Assembly: GCA_965648915.1 (NCBI GenBank)
Contig: CBFGIV010000042.1
Span: 1-19,752 of the forward strand
From: a candidate division WOR-3 bacterium
Lineage (GTDB): Bacteria > Hydrothermota > Tepidihabitantia > SM23-42 > CAYGYG01
DNA: 19,752 nucleotides
Reading direction: 5' to 3'
A program made the position numbers and the translations under genes. The notes beneath the pieces are model-generated. The model made no database searches and was not told where the DNA came from. It saw only the letters and a program-made list of their open reading frames with translations. Positions 17,412 to 19,752 of this stretch are shown piece by piece. Positions within the stretch are counted from its first letter, which is position 1, and each line of letters opens with the position of its first letter.

Positions 17412-19595
17412 CTATCGGTTGATGACGACGATCTTTCTGGTCTGGCGATCAGGACCGGCGGAAAACTTTATAAAATATACCCCATCCGGTAATCGAGGGG
17501 CATCAATTATTAAACGGTGGTTGCCAGCCTGGAGCAGGCCACTATAGATTTTATCCATCCGTCTTCCTGACCGGTCATAAAGATCAATCTCGACCCATCT
17601 TCCTTCCTCCAGCGTGCACTTCAAAACCGTTCTTTTTGAGATCGGATTTGACCCGACCTTAAACCAGGACCTGGTAAGGGGTCGGTAATCGAGGTTCTCC
17701 CTGATCTCGGTTCCGCGCCACTCAAAGATACTGTATCCTTCGGTCCCGGCATAGAGTCTGCTACCGGGGATTTTAGTAAGAGTTAAAATATCCTTTGTGG
17801 GCAGGCCCTGATTGTATTCGATCCACTCATCACCACCATTGGTTGAGAGATAAAAACCGGCATTGGTTCCGGCGTAGATGGTTCTGGGCTGATCCGGATC
17901 GACGACAACACTGCGGACATTCAAGCAACCGGTATTCTGCCAGTAGCCGCCGCCATCAGTCGATTTATGGACGCCGCTATCAGTCGCAACATAGATTATA
18001 TTCGAATTGGAAGGATCGATCGCGATCGATTTGACGATGCCTTTTAATCCACCGGTGATATTTATCCAGTTGTTGCCCGTGTCCGTAGACTTATAAAGGG
18101 CGGGCGCAGAGTTTTCCTGGCCACCGGCATAGAGAATATTCGGGTTATTGAGATCGAGAGCAATTGCATAAGTGAAGCCATAATCTGCTGTGATGGTTGA
18201 TCTTGTCCAGGAATTGCCGCCATCCGTGCTTCGAGCAATTGCCATCAGATAGGCAGGGGATGTGCCTCCTGTATAGACGATGTTATCATCCCGCGGATCA
18301 ATAATAATTGTGCCGCCATCGGTAAACCATTCATCGATCAAATTCCAGACGGCGCCGCCGTCAGTGCTCTTGTAGAGCTCGGCCGTCCCTCAACCCAGTC
18401 CTTCTAAGGCATAGACATTCTCGCGATGGTCAATCCCGATAGCACAGATCGTTCCGCAGGAGAGAAAGGGCGTGGTCAATGACCAGTCCTGACCATAATT
18501 GGTAGTCTTATAGACACCTCGACCCATATATTCAGTATAGATCAGTCCGGGATTGGCTGGAGCAACCGCAATAGCGGGAATCGTTGCAATACTAATACCG
18601 CGATCCATCTCATACCAGTTTGTCCCCTGATCAGTGGATTTAAATATTGAAAAGTTATTACCGGCATAGACAATTGAAGGTTGCTGCGGGTGGGCGAGGA
18701 CGGTTCGAAATTCTGAACCAGGGAGTGATATGCCAACCCTCTGCCAGTTTGTCCCCTGATCCGTGCTCTTGTAGATAGAACTGTCAGTACCGGCAAAGAC
18801 AAGATCGGGCAGAGCCTTTGATATTGATATAGAATAAGTTCCTAAAAAATTGCCGGTGTGGATCCAATTGATTCCTCCATCCGTGCTTTTAAAAATCCCT
18901 CCATACCGAGTGCCAACCAGGATCAGATTGTGGATCCGGGGATGGACAGCAATTGCATAAGGGTAATAACCCGTAACGGTTCCGGTGATATTAATCCAGG
19001 AATTGCCATAATCGGTCGATTTGAATAGGGCAGTCGTATTATTTACATAACCCCCGGCATAGACAATATTGGAAGAGATCGGATCGACTGCGATGGATAG
19101 CCCCTGACCGGCCATAGTATCGAGGCAGGTGGTAATCCAGTTAAACCCACCGTCTGTGCTTTTGCTCACCACCATCCGATGGTCAGAACCAAAAGGTTTA
19201 TCCCCCACTGCATAAATAATACCGGGATTTAATGGGTCGATGGTCAGATCATAGGTTGAGACGCTGTCAATCAGATAGATTGACCAGGTAGATCCTCCAT
19301 CTGTGCTTTTATAAAATCGGGAATTGAGGTCACAGGCATAAAGGATGTTCGAATTATAAGGGTCGATCGTGAGATCGGAGAGATAATTATTGATTGAACC
19401 CATAAGTGACCAATTCTGACCGCTGTTGGTGGTGCGGTATATCCGACTCGGCACTGAATAGGTTGCAAGGTAGAGGATGTCAGGATTGGTCGGGGAGATT
19501 GTCGCGGTGTGGATATACCCGCCATAAGGACCGAGATTTAACCATTGCGCGGGAAGGAGAAAAACAGAAATTACAAGCAACGCAGTCAATTTCAT
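17412..19595 (-). CDS. Secreted Asp-box (BNR) beta-propeller protein with T9SS-type C-terminal domain; one in-frame TGA at 18392..18390, probably selenocysteine (727 aa, U402)
   Basis: Both track ORFs share a frame; the bridge reads ..YALEGLG-TGA-GTAELYKSTDGGAVWN-LIDEW..; 13 S/T-x-D/N-x-G-x-x-W repeats; signal peptide; CTD ..NP..IDLYDRSGR..LPDGVYFIKF..RKIVVI; adjacent to selC. Confidence 0.8.
18615..18761. repeat. Identical 18-nt direct repeat in adjacent Asp-boxes
   Basis: ccagtttgtcccctgatc at 18615-18632 and 18744-18761 (encodes DQGTNW), 129 nt apart. Confidence 0.7.
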
Positions 19596-19602
19596 TTTGA
19601 TA

Positions 19603-19630
19603 AGTCTATGCTTTATCTGTTAAAAGTCAA
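19603..19630 (-). promoter_or_regulatory. Promoter for the propeller gene, probably leaderless
   Basis: TTGACT (19630-19625), 16 nt, TAGACT (19608-19603), 7 nt, ATG; no SD. Confidence 0.55.
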
Positions 19631-19651
19631 GAATAAAATGAAAAATGGCTC

Positions 19652-19680
19652 TTGGATATCATTTTGTTTCTCTTTATAAT
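19652..19680 (+). promoter_or_regulatory. Possible promoter upstream of the IS110-like transposase
   Basis: TTGGAT (19652-19657), 17 nt, TATAAT (19675-19680). Confidence 0.5.
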
Positions 19681-19696
19681 TGGTAAAGGAGGCTTT

Positions 19697-19752
19697 ATGC
19701 CAGAAAGTGTTGAATATTATTATCTTGGTCTTGATGTGCACAAGAATTCTTC
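19697..19752 (+). mobile_element. IS110-family (DEDD) transposase, N-terminal fragment truncated by the window edge
   Basis: AAGGAGG RBS, then MPESVEYYYLGLDVHKNS; GLDVHK is the typical first catalytic-Asp motif of IS110 transposases; only 18 codons visible. Confidence 0.72.

Noticed and set aside
17412..18341. Independent 309-aa gene starting at TTG 18341
   Set aside because: No SD or signal peptide, and the repeat pattern continues upstream in frame. A recent nonsense mutation remains a less favoured alternative to Sec.
18390..18392. Genome-wide UGA reassignment (Trp or Gly) as the cause of the in-frame TGA
   Set aside because: ftsY, yhaM, htpX and hypE end in TGA at their expected C-termini (hypE right after the conserved PRIC), and no other gene here needs an internal TGA.
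17412..19595. CRISPR-like or DGR-like periodic repeats
   Set aside because: The roughly 130-nt periodic similarity is explained by protein Asp-box repeats; no spacers, cas genes or reverse transcriptase are present.
130..19600. Numerous short overlapping or antisense ORFs in the track (e.g. 752..1075, 4621..5088, 10609..11076, 12869..13288, 15127..15549)
   Set aside because: They are shadows of well-supported genes, without RBS or recognisable motifs.
13936..19696. Integrative island at tRNA-Pro or selC
   Set aside because: No integrase and no duplicated tRNA 3' end found by eye in the window; lptE is a housekeeping-type gene.

Overview
Bacterial chromosomal window, about 45% GC by eye. Two secreted proteins with T9SS/FlgD-type C-termini suggest an FCB-associated lineage such as WOR-3 (inference). 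It is mostly housekeeping: a minus-strand operon (Cache-like membrane protein, yhaM-like HD nuclease, smc, ftsY), a divergent EF-P homologue, hypD-hypE, a plus-strand operon (lemA, htpX, DUF3108-like, manC, SPOR lipoprotein, rdgB, tRNA-Pro), a minus-strand cluster (lptE-like, M6 metalloprotease, glycoside-hydrolase-like lipoprotein) and tRNA-Sec (selC). The main finding is that ORFs 18390..19595 and 17412..18341 are one reading frame broken by a single in-frame TGA. The 16 codons after the TGA encode an intact Asp-box repeat. Read through, this gives a 727-aa secreted beta-propeller protein with a T9SS-type tail and a likely selenocysteine at residue 402 near a CxxxC, ending 23 nt from tRNA-Sec. 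It is a candidate new selenoprotein family. The window ends in the N-terminus of an IS110-family transposase. Several genes look leaderless, and six of eight candidate promoters have a 16-nt spacer.
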